Of a stretch of DNA of 64,000 nucleotides, positions 1-9,428 are shown in pieces (the first letter of the stretch is position 1; each line of letters starts with the position of its first letter). The notes beneath the pieces are model-generated. The model made no database searches. It was not told where the DNA came from and saw nothing but the letters and a program-made list of their open reading frames with translations. This stretch comes from Cyanobacteriota bacterium (GTDB lineage: Bacteria > Cyanobacteriota > Cyanobacteriia > Thermostichales > Thermostichaceae), in the NCBI GenBank assembly GCA_033764955.1, contig JANRIL010000029.1, positions 29,878-93,877 on the forward strand, written 5' to 3'. A program made the position numbers and the translations under genes.

Positions 1-2
1 CA

Positions 3-209
3 GAAAAGATGATCACCCTTGCCAAAGAGGGATCCCTAGCGGCGCGGCGACAAGCGCTGGGTTATCTCTACGATAGCGAATTGGTGGGATCCCTGTTTGA
101 ACAAGCGCCCGAACGCTATAAAGATCGAGCCGGAGGATATACCCGTATCCTGCGGACGGTACGGCGGCGGGGAGACAATGCGGAAATGGCTGTGATTGAG
201 TTGGTATAG
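3..209 (+). CDS. rplQ: 50S ribosomal protein L17 (5'-truncated by window edge)
   Basis: [14 protein letters not shown]...RAGGYTRI...[14 protein letters not shown] is the L17 C-terminal part; followed by truA-rplM as in cyanobacteria. Confidence 0.96.
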   Translation, partial: EKMITLAKEGSLAARRQALGYLYDSELVGSLFEQAPERYKDRAGGYTRILRTVRRRGDNAEMAVIELV

Positions 210-216
210 CCTAATC

Positions 217-1059
217 ATGACGGTTCTCCGGCGCATCGCCCTCAAGCTGCAATACTTGGGCACTCACTTTTGGGGTTGGCAACGCCAGCCTCGACATCGC
301 AGTGTGCAGGCGGTGTTGGAGGAAGCCATTGCCAGTCGTGCCCATCATCCGGTTGTCGTGCATGGGGCGGGTCGCACCGATACGGGGGTTCATGCGGGGG
401 GTCAGGTGGCTCATTTTGATACCTTCTCCCCGATTGCCGCGGATCACTGGCCGGAGGTGCTGAATAACTGTTTACCTGCCGATGTGGCCGTTTTGGCGGC
501 TAGCGAGGTTGCTCAGGATTGGCACGCCCGCTTTTCTGCCTGCTGGCGACGCTACCGCTACCTCCTCTTCAACCAAGAGCTTCCCGATGTCTTTTGGCGA
601 CCCTTCAGTTGGCATCATCGTCTGCCCCTGAATGTCTCCCTCATGACCGCAGCCCTACAGTCCCTGTTGGGGGATCACAACCTGGAGGCATTTCGGCGGG
701 CTGGATCCCGGCGTCCCCATTCCTGGGTGCGGGTGGATGAAGTTCTGTGTCGGCAACAGGAACCGTTGATCTGGATAGAGGTACAAGCCAGTGGATTCCT
801 TTATCGGATGATGCGCCTGCTGATGGGAGCCTTGACCGTAGTCGGACGGGGGGAACTGACTCCTGAGGAGTTTGTCCAACTGTGGCAACAGAACGACTGG
901 TCGGGGGCGCGTTGTCGCTACAGTGCTCCCCCGCAGGGATTGTGTCTGACGGGGGTGGGCTACCCTGACGATCCCTTCCCCAACGGGATCCCAACCAGTC
1001 GGGTGGGCATAGTGCCTGGGTCTATCTATGGTGCCACCACCGCCCTCTCGGTTTTTTAG
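217..1059 (+). CDS. truA: tRNA pseudouridine(38-40) synthase TruA
   Basis: GAGRTDTGVHA catalytic motif, HARFSA, GFLYRMMR, APPQGL; ATG at 217 chosen as first start after the rplQ stop. Confidence 0.95.
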   Translation: MTVLRRIALKLQYLGTHFWGWQRQPRHRSVQAVLEEAIASRAHHPVVVHGAGRTDTGVHAGGQVAHFDTFSPIAADHWPEVLNNCLPADVAVLAASEVAQDWHARFSACWRRYRYLLFNQELPDVFWRPFSWHHRLPLNVSLMTAALQSLLGDHNLEAFRRAGSRRPHSWVRVDEVLCRQQEPLIWIEVQASGFLYRMMRLLMGALTVVGRGELTPEEFVQLWQQNDWSGARCRYSAPPQGLCLTGVGYPDDPFPNGIPTSRVGIVPGSIYGATTALSVF

Positions 1060-1161
1060 GGGGATGGTCGCGCTTCGGGAGGGATCCCCTAGATTCCCCG
1101 CAGCAGCATCGGCTTCCTCCCTTGTCCTTTCTTCCATCACCCCACTTTCTGGATCATTGCC

Positions 1162-1617
1162 ATGATGAACACAACACCCATTCCTGCCGCCACCCGCGTT
1201 GCCCGTTGGTATGTCCTTGATGCCAATGGTCAACGACTGGGACGCCTGGCGGCTGTAGCAGCCAACCTGCTGCGCGGCAAGCACCGCCCCGACTTTACCC
1301 CCCATCTTGATACCGGCGACTATGTCATTGTGATCAACGCAGAAAAGATCGCGGTCACGGGCAAAAAGCGCACCCAGAAGCTGTATCGCCGCCATTCCGG
1401 TCGTCCGGGCGGCATGAAGGTAGAAACTTTTCATCAATTGCAAGCTCGCTTGCCGGAACGGGTGGTGGAAAAGGCGATCAAGGGGATGTTGCCCCACACC
1501 CGCCTAGGGCGGCAGCAATTTACCAAGCTAAAAGTCTTTGTGGGGCCTGATCATCCCCATCAAGCCCAGCAACCAGAGCTTTATCCCCTCAATACCATCC
1601 CAGGAGCTAAGTCATGA
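1162..1617 (+). CDS. rplM: 50S ribosomal protein L13
   Basis: WYVLDA...LGRLA...[23 protein letters not shown]; overlaps rpsI start by 4 bp (ATGA). Confidence 0.98.
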   Translation: MMNTTPIPAATRVARWYVLDANGQRLGRLAAVAANLLRGKHRPDFTPHLDTGDYVIVINAEKIAVTGKKRTQKLYRRHSGRPGGMKVETFHQLQARLPERVVEKAIKGMLPHTRLGRQQFTKLKVFVGPDHPHQAQQPELYPLNTIPGAKS

Positions 1618-2027
1618 CCCAAACCTCGACCCAAGGAAAAGCTGTCTATTGGGGCACTGGCCGTCGGAAAACCGCGATTGCCCGTGTGCGCTTGATCCCC
1701 GGCACCGGCAACATCACGATTAACGATAAACCGGGCGATCTCTATCTCCAGTTTCAGGAGGCGCTGATTGCCAATGTGAAAGGGCCTCTGGAAACCCTGG
1801 GATTGGAAACCGCCTATGATGTTTTGGTGCGTGCCCACGGCGGTGGTGTACGCGGCCAAGCCGAAGCGATTAAATTAGGAGTAGCCCGCGCCCTTTGTGA
1901 AATGGATCCCAACAATCGTTCTCCCCTGAAAGTGGAAGGCTTTTTGACCAGGGATCCGCGGGCGGTGGAGCGGAAAAAATACGGCCTGCGTAAGGCTCGT
2001 AAAGCGCCTCAATACTCCAAGCGCTAG
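1614..2027 (+). CDS. rpsI: 30S ribosomal protein S9
   Basis: [12 protein letters not shown]...GGG..GQA...[19 protein letters not shown]. Confidence 0.98.
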   Translation: MTQTSTQGKAVYWGTGRRKTAIARVRLIPGTGNITINDKPGDLYLQFQEALIANVKGPLETLGLETAYDVLVRAHGGGVRGQAEAIKLGVARALCEMDPNNRSPLKVEGFLTRDPRAVERKKYGLRKARKAPQYSKR

Positions 2028-2128
2028 TTCTATGAAAAGGCTGCTCAGGGTTCCCTGGTTGTCTTGGTTCCTTGACTGATAGTTCTCTTCAAGTTCTCTC
2101 GTCTCTCCAGACTTTGTGAGGTTTTGTC

Positions 2129-2350
2129 ATGGCAAAAGCAGGTTTACACCCCAAGTGGTATCCCGAGGCCAAGGTGATCTGTAATGGTGAAGTGGTAATG
2201 ACCGTCGGATCGACCCAGCCTGAGTTGAAAATCGATGTTTGGTCGGGCAATCATCCCTTTTTCACGGGTAGCCAAAAGATTATTGATACAGAAGGACGGG
2301 TGGAAAAATTCCTCCGCAAGTATGGCATGGGTGGCTCCAAGAAAAAGTAG
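2129..2350 (+). CDS. rpmE: 50S ribosomal protein L31
   Basis: HPKWYPEAKV.CNG...DVWSGNHPFFTG.QKIIDTEGRVEKF. Confidence 0.97.
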   Translation: MAKAGLHPKWYPEAKVICNGEVVMTVGSTQPELKIDVWSGNHPFFTGSQKIIDTEGRVEKFLRKYGMGGSKKK

Positions 2351-2499
2351 CGCTACTCATCTCGCTTGTTCTGAATTGCGAATACTTGGCCTCTCTCGAC
2401 GGCTGTTTTCCCAGCGCTTTGGGTAAACCTCTCTTCTCCCTGTTTTGTTCAGGGCTAGCCGTTCTTAAACACGATTCGGAATCGAGGTGAAAAATTGCG

Positions 2500-3603
2500 A
2501 TGACGGCGGCACATCTTCTCAGCCAGCTCAAAAATGTTGAGTCCACCTTTCAGGAGTTGACCTTTCGCTTGGCCGATCCTGAGGTGGCTACCGATCCCGG
2601 TGAATTGCAACGGATTGCCAAAGCCCGCTCCAGCCTAGAAGCGACTGTGTTGGCCTATCACGAGTGGCAAGCCGTTGTCCGTGATCTCAAAGAAACCGAG
2701 GAGGTATTGCGGGAATCCGCTTCCGACCCGGCAATGATGGCGATGGCGAGTTCGGAACTGGCCGAGCTTCGCCATAAGCAGGATGATCTGGAGGAGCGCC
2801 TGACGATTCTGCTTCTGCCCAGGGATCCCAACGATGACAAAAACATCATGTTAGAGATCCGCGCTGGCACCGGCGGGGATGAAGCGGCTATCTGGGCGGG
2901 GGATTTGGTAAGAATGTATACCCGCTATGCCGAGTCGGTGGGCTGGTCGGTCAAGTTGGCTAGTGCCTCCGAGGCAGAGTTGGGGGGCTTTAAGGAAGCC
3001 ATCCTCGAGATCAAAGGGGATCAGGTTTACAGTAATCTCAAGTTTGAAGCCGGGGTGCATCGGGTGCAACGGGTTCCCACCACTGAGACCCAAGGACGGG
3101 TACATACCTCTACGGCAACGGTGGCGGTCATGCCGGAGGTGGACGAGGTGGATGTGGTGATTGATCCTAAAGATATTGAGCTAAAAACCGCTCGTTCTGG
3201 TGGTGCTGGTGGCCAAAACGTTAACAAGGTGGAAACGGCTGTCGATTTAATCCACAAACCGACGGGCATTCGCGTTTTTTGTACGGAGGAGCGCTCCCAG
3301 TTGCAAAACCGGATTCGCGCCATGCAGATCCTGCGAGCCAAACTGTATGAGATTAAATTGCAGGAACAACTGGACAGTATCAGCTCCAATCGGCGGATGC
3401 AGGTGGGCACGGGATCCCGTTCCGAAAAAATTCGCACCTATAACTACAAGGACAACCGCGTTACCGATCATCGCCTCAATCAAAACTTCAGCCTAGAACC
3501 CATTTTGCAAGGGGATCTAGCAGAATTGATTCAGTCCTGCATTAGCCTCTATCAAAAAGAACTGCTCTCCGAGCTGGCTAGTTCTAACTCTGGTCATACT
3601 TAA
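2500..3603 (+). CDS. prfA: peptide chain release factor 1
   Basis: [11 protein letters not shown], PxT specificity loop (VPTTE), GGQ motif ([11 protein letters not shown]), RTYNY. Confidence 0.97.
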   Translation: MTAAHLLSQLKNVESTFQELTFRLADPEVATDPGELQRIAKARSSLEATVLAYHEWQAVVRDLKETEEVLRESASDPAMMAMASSELAELRHKQDDLEERLTILLLPRDPNDDKNIMLEIRAGTGGDEAAIWAGDLVRMYTRYAESVGWSVKLASASEAELGGFKEAILEIKGDQVYSNLKFEAGVHRVQRVPTTETQGRVHTSTATVAVMPEVDEVDVVIDPKDIELKTARSGGAGGQNVNKVETAVDLIHKPTGIRVFCTEERSQLQNRIRAMQILRAKLYEIKLQEQLDSISSNRRMQVGTGSRSEKIRTYNYKDNRVTDHRLNQNFSLEPILQGDLAELIQSCISLYQKELLSELASSNSGHT

Positions 3604-3850
3604 ACTGGTCATGATTAGCCTGGTCATCACGAGAATGAAAGCAATTTGAGGAGAACTGGGCACAAATTCAGCCGAATTCCCATCTGATCAAGTCTATTGC
3701 TATCATCGGCTCATGAATGCTTTACCCCTGTTGGGGTAGTCGTCAGTGAGGGCTTGACCTGCCATGAGTGGGATCCGAGAAGTCCCTCGTTGGTGACTCC
3801 TAGGTTTTAAGTGTGCTGTTGGTTGACTGAATTTTGACGGAAATGCCCCC

Positions 3851-4729
3851 ATGGAACCCAAACCTCCTCTTCGCCCCCTCAAACCTGCCGTTGCCCCCTC
3901 CACTGAGTCGGTCACCTCCAAGGGATCGTCGGCAATGGTGGGGTTAGCCCAGCCCCTAGCTGAATTGAGCGAAGCGGTGGTGGAGTCTAGCGAAACCCGC
4001 TTGCAGCCCATCCCCCCCCCCAGTGAATCCATGCAGTATCGGGCGATTGGCTTGGTGGAAGGGCAATATTTACCCTCTCCAGAACAGTTTACCCGTGGGG
4101 TTTTGCAGACCCAGGATGGCAGCGAGTTGGATGCGGTGCTGTTGGGGCGGGTCATGAATATCGTCCGCAAGCATCTGGAAGCCGATAAATCCTACCTTTG
4201 GGTGGTTTATCCCCGCACCCGCGAGAAGGAGCAGTCCCTCCACGTCCAAATTATGGGGGTTTGGGCACCGCAGGAGATGGGGCAGTCTATGCCTGAGGGG
4301 ATTACCGCCACCCCTACCCCTGATTACTTTTCCATTCGCGGGGAGATTGTTTTTCAGTCCCACGATCAGGGATTTGTTATTGTCAAAATTCGCCAAACCA
4401 GCAAAAAATCTCCCCCCCAGCGGGATAAACCCCAATCCTTCAAACTGCGCTTGGAGGGATCCCTTCCCAACAAAGGGGTAGGGGATTTTTGGGAGTTTGA
4501 GGTCTGTCGCAAGGGATCCCAGTTGGAGATCCTGTCGGGAAAGGCGATTGATCGGGTACCCAAACCTGTGCCCCGTCCTCGCAAGCCCCAGCGCAAACCA
4601 CCACGGCCTCAACTGGCGGGATCGGAGGGTTACCAACCGAATAAATGGGGTGGTCGTTATCCTCTGCCTTCCCCCACCCCCACTGAGCGCCCTAGCAAAC
4701 CCATCAAGAAAAAACCACCCCAAAGCTAA
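3851..4729 (+). CDS. conserved cyanobacterial hypothetical protein with Pro/Lys-rich termini
   Basis: 292-aa ORF; PIPPPSESMQYRAIGLV and LWVVYPRT segments resemble a cyanobacterial unknown-function family. Confidence 0.75.
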   Translation: MEPKPPLRPLKPAVAPSTESVTSKGSSAMVGLAQPLAELSEAVVESSETRLQPIPPPSESMQYRAIGLVEGQYLPSPEQFTRGVLQTQDGSELDAVLLGRVMNIVRKHLEADKSYLWVVYPRTREKEQSLHVQIMGVWAPQEMGQSMPEGITATPTPDYFSIRGEIVFQSHDQGFVIVKIRQTSKKSPPQRDKPQSFKLRLEGSLPNKGVGDFWEFEVCRKGSQLEILSGKAIDRVPKPVPRPRKPQRKPPRPQLAGSEGYQPNKWGGRYPLPSPTPTERPSKPIKKKPPQS

Positions 4730-4889
4730 GTAAGTGGGAGGGTCTCCCACCGTTGCCACGCTCTCCCCAGAGAAATTAAAGAGTAAGGGATATTGGCGGC
4801 AGATTGACTGTGGGAGTCAACCCTCACAAAACTCATTTAGCAGGTAGACTAACCAAAGATTCATGCTGTGAGGCCGCGAGTGAGGAATC

Positions 4890-5963
4890 ATGCACAAATT
4901 CTGGCGTAATGGGTGGCAACGGTGGTGGGGATTACTTCTGGTGATCTCCCTTAGTTTGACGGCCTGCTCCGGCTCCGATTCGGATAGTCCCACCAGCGTA
5001 GCTCCGACTCCCACCCCGACCCCTACCATCAGTAATGATCCGGGCACCGTGGTGGTAGGGATCCCGATCCGCTCCATTGGTAGCCTTAAGCTGATCGGGT
5101 TGCCTATGCTCGTGGGGGGTGGTTCTACAGAATTGTTGCTCGATACCGGATCGGCGGGGGTGCGGGTGTTAAGTGCGGATGCTGGTAATGCCACCCGCAC
5201 CAGCACACCTTCGATTGTGACCTTCGGAGATGGCACCCAGTTTCGCGGCGTATTGGGGAATGCGGTGGTGACCTTGGGATCCCTTGCTACGGAGGATGCC
5301 ATCACCGTGCAGTTAGTGGATGAGGTGGTCTGTGTGGATGGCACCTCTAACTGTTCCAAGGAGATTTTTGATGGAACCGGATTCTTTTCGGGCATCGTGG
5401 GCACCTCGCTTGGCAACCGTACCTCCAACGCCAGTTTGTTTAGCCCGATTGCCCATCTCCCGACTCCCTTTGACTCTGGCTATGTCATCCGCACGGGAGG
5501 CTTTGGCTCTGGCGAGGGAACGATGGATCTGGGGCTAACCGACAACAATACGGCAGGTTTTGCGGTGCGTTCCATTCCCCAGGTGGGGATATTCCCAGAT
5601 GGCACCCCTAGCTATGACGACGAGGCGTTGCAAGTGGCGCATACCATCAGCAACACCTCCATTCAAAATAGCCTGGGTAATACTATTTTTGACACTGGAT
5701 CGTCGGATATCTTCTTGAGTCCGCAGGCTCTGGGCAGTGCGCCGTTCTCCACCACCTTTTTGCCCGCGGGCAGCAGTTGGCGGGGAGTGTTGGACGGTGG
5801 CTTTGTTTATGAAATTCAGGTGACTACACCGATTACTCCCGGCATTGACCGAATTTTTGTGGATGGCACTAACGATTTTCAGGTGCTGGGGATGCCCTTG
5901 TTTTTCCAGTTTGATACCTTCTTTGACATTGATCGGGGGCGAATTGGCTTTCGGGCGCGCTAG
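4890..5963 (+). CDS. lipoprotein with two aspartic-protease (DTG) motifs, DUF3443/pepsin-like fold
   Basis: lipobox LTAC, PT-rich linker, LLLDTGSAGVRV, TIFDTGSS, C-terminal VLGMPLF...RIGF. Confidence 0.75.
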   Translation: MHKFWRNGWQRWWGLLLVISLSLTACSGSDSDSPTSVAPTPTPTPTISNDPGTVVVGIPIRSIGSLKLIGLPMLVGGGSTELLLDTGSAGVRVLSADAGNATRTSTPSIVTFGDGTQFRGVLGNAVVTLGSLATEDAITVQLVDEVVCVDGTSNCSKEIFDGTGFFSGIVGTSLGNRTSNASLFSPIAHLPTPFDSGYVIRTGGFGSGEGTMDLGLTDNNTAGFAVRSIPQVGIFPDGTPSYDDEALQVAHTISNTSIQNSLGNTIFDTGSSDIFLSPQALGSAPFSTTFLPAGSSWRGVLDGGFVYEIQVTTPITPGIDRIFVDGTNDFQVLGMPLFFQFDTFFDIDRGRIGFRAR

Positions 5964-6073
5964 CCAGTCTCTGGATTCTTTGAAGGGAGTGGGATCCCAA
6001 CCAATTGGTACCAGCTCCCTAACCGACTCAATAACCATGCACTCAATAACCGCATCAATAGAGGAGACCCATC

Positions 6074-6574
6074 ATGCCAGCCCATTCATCTCGCCATCAA
6101 CCCTTCTCCTGGTTAGCCTTGGGGCTACGCTGTTTGTGGCTGGTGGCGATGGTCGTTAGTTTGTTAGGAGGGGTAGGAATGGGGGCTGAGGCGATTGGAC
6201 TGGGGGATGACTTATCTGGCACTACCCCCTCCCAGTGGTGGCGGCAGGGGGACAAATCCTATCCCGTTGTGGAACTGAGCACTGACCGTGAGGCGGTGAC
6301 AGCCGTCGCCAACAGTGAGCAAAAAGTCTTTCAAATTCAGGTGCAAAGTACGGCGGACTTGCCACCGGATCCAGCTAACTATTTGGGATCCTATGCTGGA
6401 TTGGCTGCCGAGGTGGTGGGAATCGTGCCTTTACGGGGAAAAACCTTGCGCTACAGCGAGGGATCCCGTACCGCCGTCTGGACGGTCTATGGCATGAGTG
6501 GAAATTTTGTAGCTCAGGCTACCAGTTTGGATCTGGCTCCGCCTGAGCTGGTGACTTCTCCTGATCAGCCGTAG
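6074..6574 (+). CDS. hypothetical exported/membrane-anchored protein
   Basis: GAGGAG SD upstream; hydrophobic N-terminal segment. Confidence 0.6.
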   Translation: MPAHSSRHQPFSWLALGLRCLWLVAMVVSLLGGVGMGAEAIGLGDDLSGTTPSQWWRQGDKSYPVVELSTDREAVTAVANSEQKVFQIQVQSTADLPPDPANYLGSYAGLAAEVVGIVPLRGKTLRYSEGSRTAVWTVYGMSGNFVAQATSLDLAPPELVTSPDQP

Positions 6575-6584
6575 GCTGCGCCCG

Positions 6585-6746
6585 TTAAGACTCTGGCGTG
6601 GGGGTGACAATGACTGGTGCGCCCACATTATCCCCGCCGGAAGCACAGGCCGTTAGGGGTAGTAATAAGGCCAAAAGCAAGCCCACCATCGCCAATCCTC
6701 GGCTAAACGGATGGGCAGAATGGGTGGATGCATGGATGCATGACAT
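6585..6746 (-). CDS. small lipoprotein, 53 aa (not in ORF track)
   Basis: hand translation MSCIHASTHSAHPFSRGLAMVGLLLALLLPLTACASGGDNVGAPVIVTPTPES*; GAGGAG SD upstream; hydrophobic core plus lipobox LTAC. Confidence 0.65.
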   Translation of the reverse strand: MSCIHASTHSAHPFSRGLAMVGLLLALLLPLTACASGGDNVGAPVIVTPTPES

Positions 6747-6921
6747 GATGGTCTACTCCTCACCAATAACAATGGATAATTTGCAAAGCACCTGAACCAG
6801 AATAGCTGGCCTGGAAGCTTACCCTATCCTAAAGGGATGCCCACAACGTTTGAGAATTGTTAACAACTTTCCCCTGGGGGATCCCATAGGGCTAGGGGGG
6901 GCTGGATGGGATGGTTGCAGG

Positions 6922-8079
6922 TTAGCTGGTTGGAGCTTGCTTGCCTGTTGCTTCTTCCCAAACGGAATAGTCCACTACCTTGGCGTCGGGATCCGCCTGC
7001 AAAATCCCCAAGGACTTGAGGGTCTCCACATTGGCCGTGAACACCTGCGGATCTAACAATCCGGCGTTGCCCTCTAGAGTTGGGCCAGCTTGATAGAGTT
7101 TGGCAATTTCGCTCATCTGCCAGGTTTGGTGTTTCACTGGGTCAGCCTCCGAACCGGATCCCTTACAGGTCTCGCCACAGAAACTAAGTACCGTTTGCAC
7201 GGTTTCCGCTGGGTTGTTGACGGCATAGTCCCAGCCGGCGAGAGAGGCTTTCAGCAGTTTGGCGGCAACGGTTTTGCCCGATAGACCGGATCCCTTAAAG
7301 TTGCTTTCTGCCAAGACTTTTTCGGTGGTGAAGATCAAATCTTCCAGCAGATTGATGTCATAGTCTGGTAGTGCCATGACCGTGAGTTGATCCAGGGGAT
7401 AACCCAATCCAACAATTTGATTGAGTTCGTTGTAAACCATCGCCGAGGCCACATCCACCTTGTCAGGGAAAACCTGAGCCGGATCGAAGCCATAGGTGAC
7501 CAGTTCTACATCGGGGTTGCTGACGCTGGTGTCCAGGGAGGTGGTGAGATTCACCTTTTTGAGCAACGCCAAGGCTGGATATTCATTGCCGGAGGGCCAA
7601 ATGCCGATTTTCTTGCCCTTAAAGTCTTCGGGCTTGCTGATATTGGTGGATTTGAGAGCAACCATGGCATAGCCCGATTTCTGGAACATCTGAGCTATAT
7701 GTACCACTGGTAAACCTTGGGCACGCGCCGTCAATAGATCCGTAATCCAGGTGGTGCCAAAATCCGCTCCTCCCACCGCCACCGTTTGAATGGGCGACTG
7801 ATCGCCAATCGGCAGGAGAGTGACCTTTAAGCCCTCCTGCTCATAAAACCCTTTCTCTTGCGCCACCAGGTATCCGGCAAATTGGGACTGAGGAAACCAC
7901 TTCAGTTGCAGCTTTACCTCGATGGGTTTGCTTTGGGCATGGCTGATCGGTGGGGTGGGATCCCCGCCGATCGCGGTTAACATCACGCTGATCCCCAACA
8001 GCAGGGAGAGAAACGGGAAAAAACGTCGCCGCGAGAGGCGGGAGCGCAGGCGCAGAAACAGGGTATTCATACTGGACAA
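6922..8079 (-). CDS. ABC transporter substrate-binding protein, NMT1/THI5-like
   Basis: LQLKWFPQSQFAGYLVA.EKGFY...GL.V motif; SRRRFF then a hydrophobic stretch at the N-terminus. Confidence 0.85.
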   Translation of the reverse strand: MSSMNTLFLRLRSRLSRRRFFPFLSLLLGISVMLTAIGGDPTPPISHAQSKPIEVKLQLKWFPQSQFAGYLVAQEKGFYEQEGLKVTLLPIGDQSPIQTVAVGGADFGTTWITDLLTARAQGLPVVHIAQMFQKSGYAMVALKSTNISKPEDFKGKKIGIWPSGNEYPALALLKKVNLTTSLDTSVSNPDVELVTYGFDPAQVFPDKVDVASAMVYNELNQIVGLGYPLDQLTVMALPDYDINLLEDLIFTTEKVLAESNFKGSGLSGKTVAAKLLKASLAGWDYAVNNPAETVQTVLSFCGETCKGSGSEADPVKHQTWQMSEIAKLYQAGPTLEGNAGLLDPQVFTANVETLKSLGILQADPDAKVVDYSVWEEATGKQAPTS

Positions 8080-8132
8080 CTCTCCGGTGATTTAAGATGC
8101 CATGACTGTGCAAGATTGATTCGGTTCCAAGT

Positions 8133-8146
8133 GTAATGGATACTAC
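8133..8146 (-). promoter_or_regulatory. candidate NtcA binding site (GTA-N8-TAC)
   Basis: GTAatggatacTAC exact consensus; on the minus strand a CACAGT (-10-like) lies 22 nt downstream, before the NMT1-like gene. Confidence 0.55.
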
Positions 8147-8196
8147 GGTTTTGGTTGGGGATGAAGGTTACGGATCCCTAATCTGCCGCTGGAGGA

Positions 8197-9180
8197 TTAG
8201 GCTTGGTGCTGTTGTTGACTGAGGCTAGCTATGGGTTGCAGGGCAAAGAAGGTTTCAAACATTTTCTCTCCCAGATTGTTCATCTGTCCTTGCAAATCAT
8301 CCAGAAACTCGTGCAGCCCCCGTTTGATAATTTCCTCAATGGTGAGATAGTCCAATTCGGAGCGCAGACGACCCAGGGCACGTTCTACCGGGTTCCGCCA
8401 ACTGCCCGTGGGTGTGCCCGTAATTTGCCGGAGGGAACGATCCGCCTGAATTAAACAAAACTGGATGGAACGGGGAAACTCCCGATCCAAAAGCAGAAAC
8501 TCCGTTACCTCCGTGGGGTTGATGCGGTGTTGCCGGCTGCGCTTGCGATACATCTCGTAAGCACTGGCTGACTTGAGCAGTGCGATCCATTGCAGTTCGT
8601 CTAGGGCAGTTCCGACATATTGGACGGAAGGCAGCAAAATATAGTATTTCACATCCAAGATACGGGCTGTTTTGTCGGCTCGTTCCAGCAGTCGCCCCAG
8701 TTGGCCAAAATGCCAGCCTTCTCCGTGGGTCATGGTGGCATCCATCACTCCAGCAAACAGGTGACTAGCCAGTTTTACCTCCGTAAAAAAATGGTGTAAT
8801 TCGGGTAACGTTTTTGCCTGAGATGCTTCCTTGACCATCAGATAGAAGTTGTTGACCCGCTCCCACATCTCCGAAGAAATAATTTCTCGTACAGAACGGG
8901 CGTTCTCCCGTGCCATCTGTAAGCAGGAGAGGATGGAATTGCCATAGTCGGCATCAAAAGCCAAAAAGGAGACCACTGTCTCTAGGGTGGCTTCCCCATA
9001 GCGCTCTTGAAAGATGGCCTGATCCCCGGTGGTGGCAATAATCGGATCCCATTGCTGAGCAAACCCTGCCGGAGTGTCCAAAATCAAGTTGAGATTGACA
9101 TCCACAAACCGAGCAATATTTTCGGCGCGTTCGACATAGCGGTTTAACCAATAAATAGAATCGGCGACGCGGCTCAGCAT
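8197..9180 (-). CDS. alpha-E domain protein (DUF403)
   Basis: MLSRVADSIYWLNRYVERAEN, ARENAR.VREIIS, LERADKTARILDVK, FPRSI; start placed at family-typical MLSR. Confidence 0.9.
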   Translation of the reverse strand: MLSRVADSIYWLNRYVERAENIARFVDVNLNLILDTPAGFAQQWDPIIATTGDQAIFQERYGEATLETVVSFLAFDADYGNSILSCLQMARENARSVREIISSEMWERVNNFYLMVKEASQAKTLPELHHFFTEVKLASHLFAGVMDATMTHGEGWHFGQLGRLLERADKTARILDVKYYILLPSVQYVGTALDELQWIALLKSASAYEMYRKRSRQHRINPTEVTEFLLLDREFPRSIQFCLIQADRSLRQITGTPTGSWRNPVERALGRLRSELDYLTIEEIIKRGLHEFLDDLQGQMNNLGEKMFETFFALQPIASLSQQQHQA

Positions 9181-9428
9181 GATGATTGCCCATAAAATCT
9201 TTTTCTCTATCGATTTTGCCCTGGATCCTGGCGGCTTCATGATGGCAGATTGGATTACTCCCAATCCTTCCGCATCCTTCTGGAGCTTGACCAAATCCTC
9301 CCTAAGAATCCCAACAAGGTGCTGTCCTGATCCAGGGATCCCCTGTTAAACTGTAGTATCAATCACACCCCAGATAGGGATCCCCTGCTTGGGTTCCTTC
9401 TCTCTACCTTTTCATTGCTGAGGTTCCT

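Noticed and set aside
655..1497. 280-aa minus-strand ORF
   Set aside because: Antisense shadow of truA/rplM with no recognisable motifs
2129..2350. L31 lacking Zn-binding cysteines
   Set aside because: Normal for cyanobacterial L31
4070..5428. 229-aa and 203-aa minus-strand ORFs
   Set aside because: Overlap better-supported plus-strand genes; no motifs
6598..6795. 65-aa plus-strand ORF
   Set aside because: The opposite-strand 53-aa ORF has an SD and lipobox and is better supported
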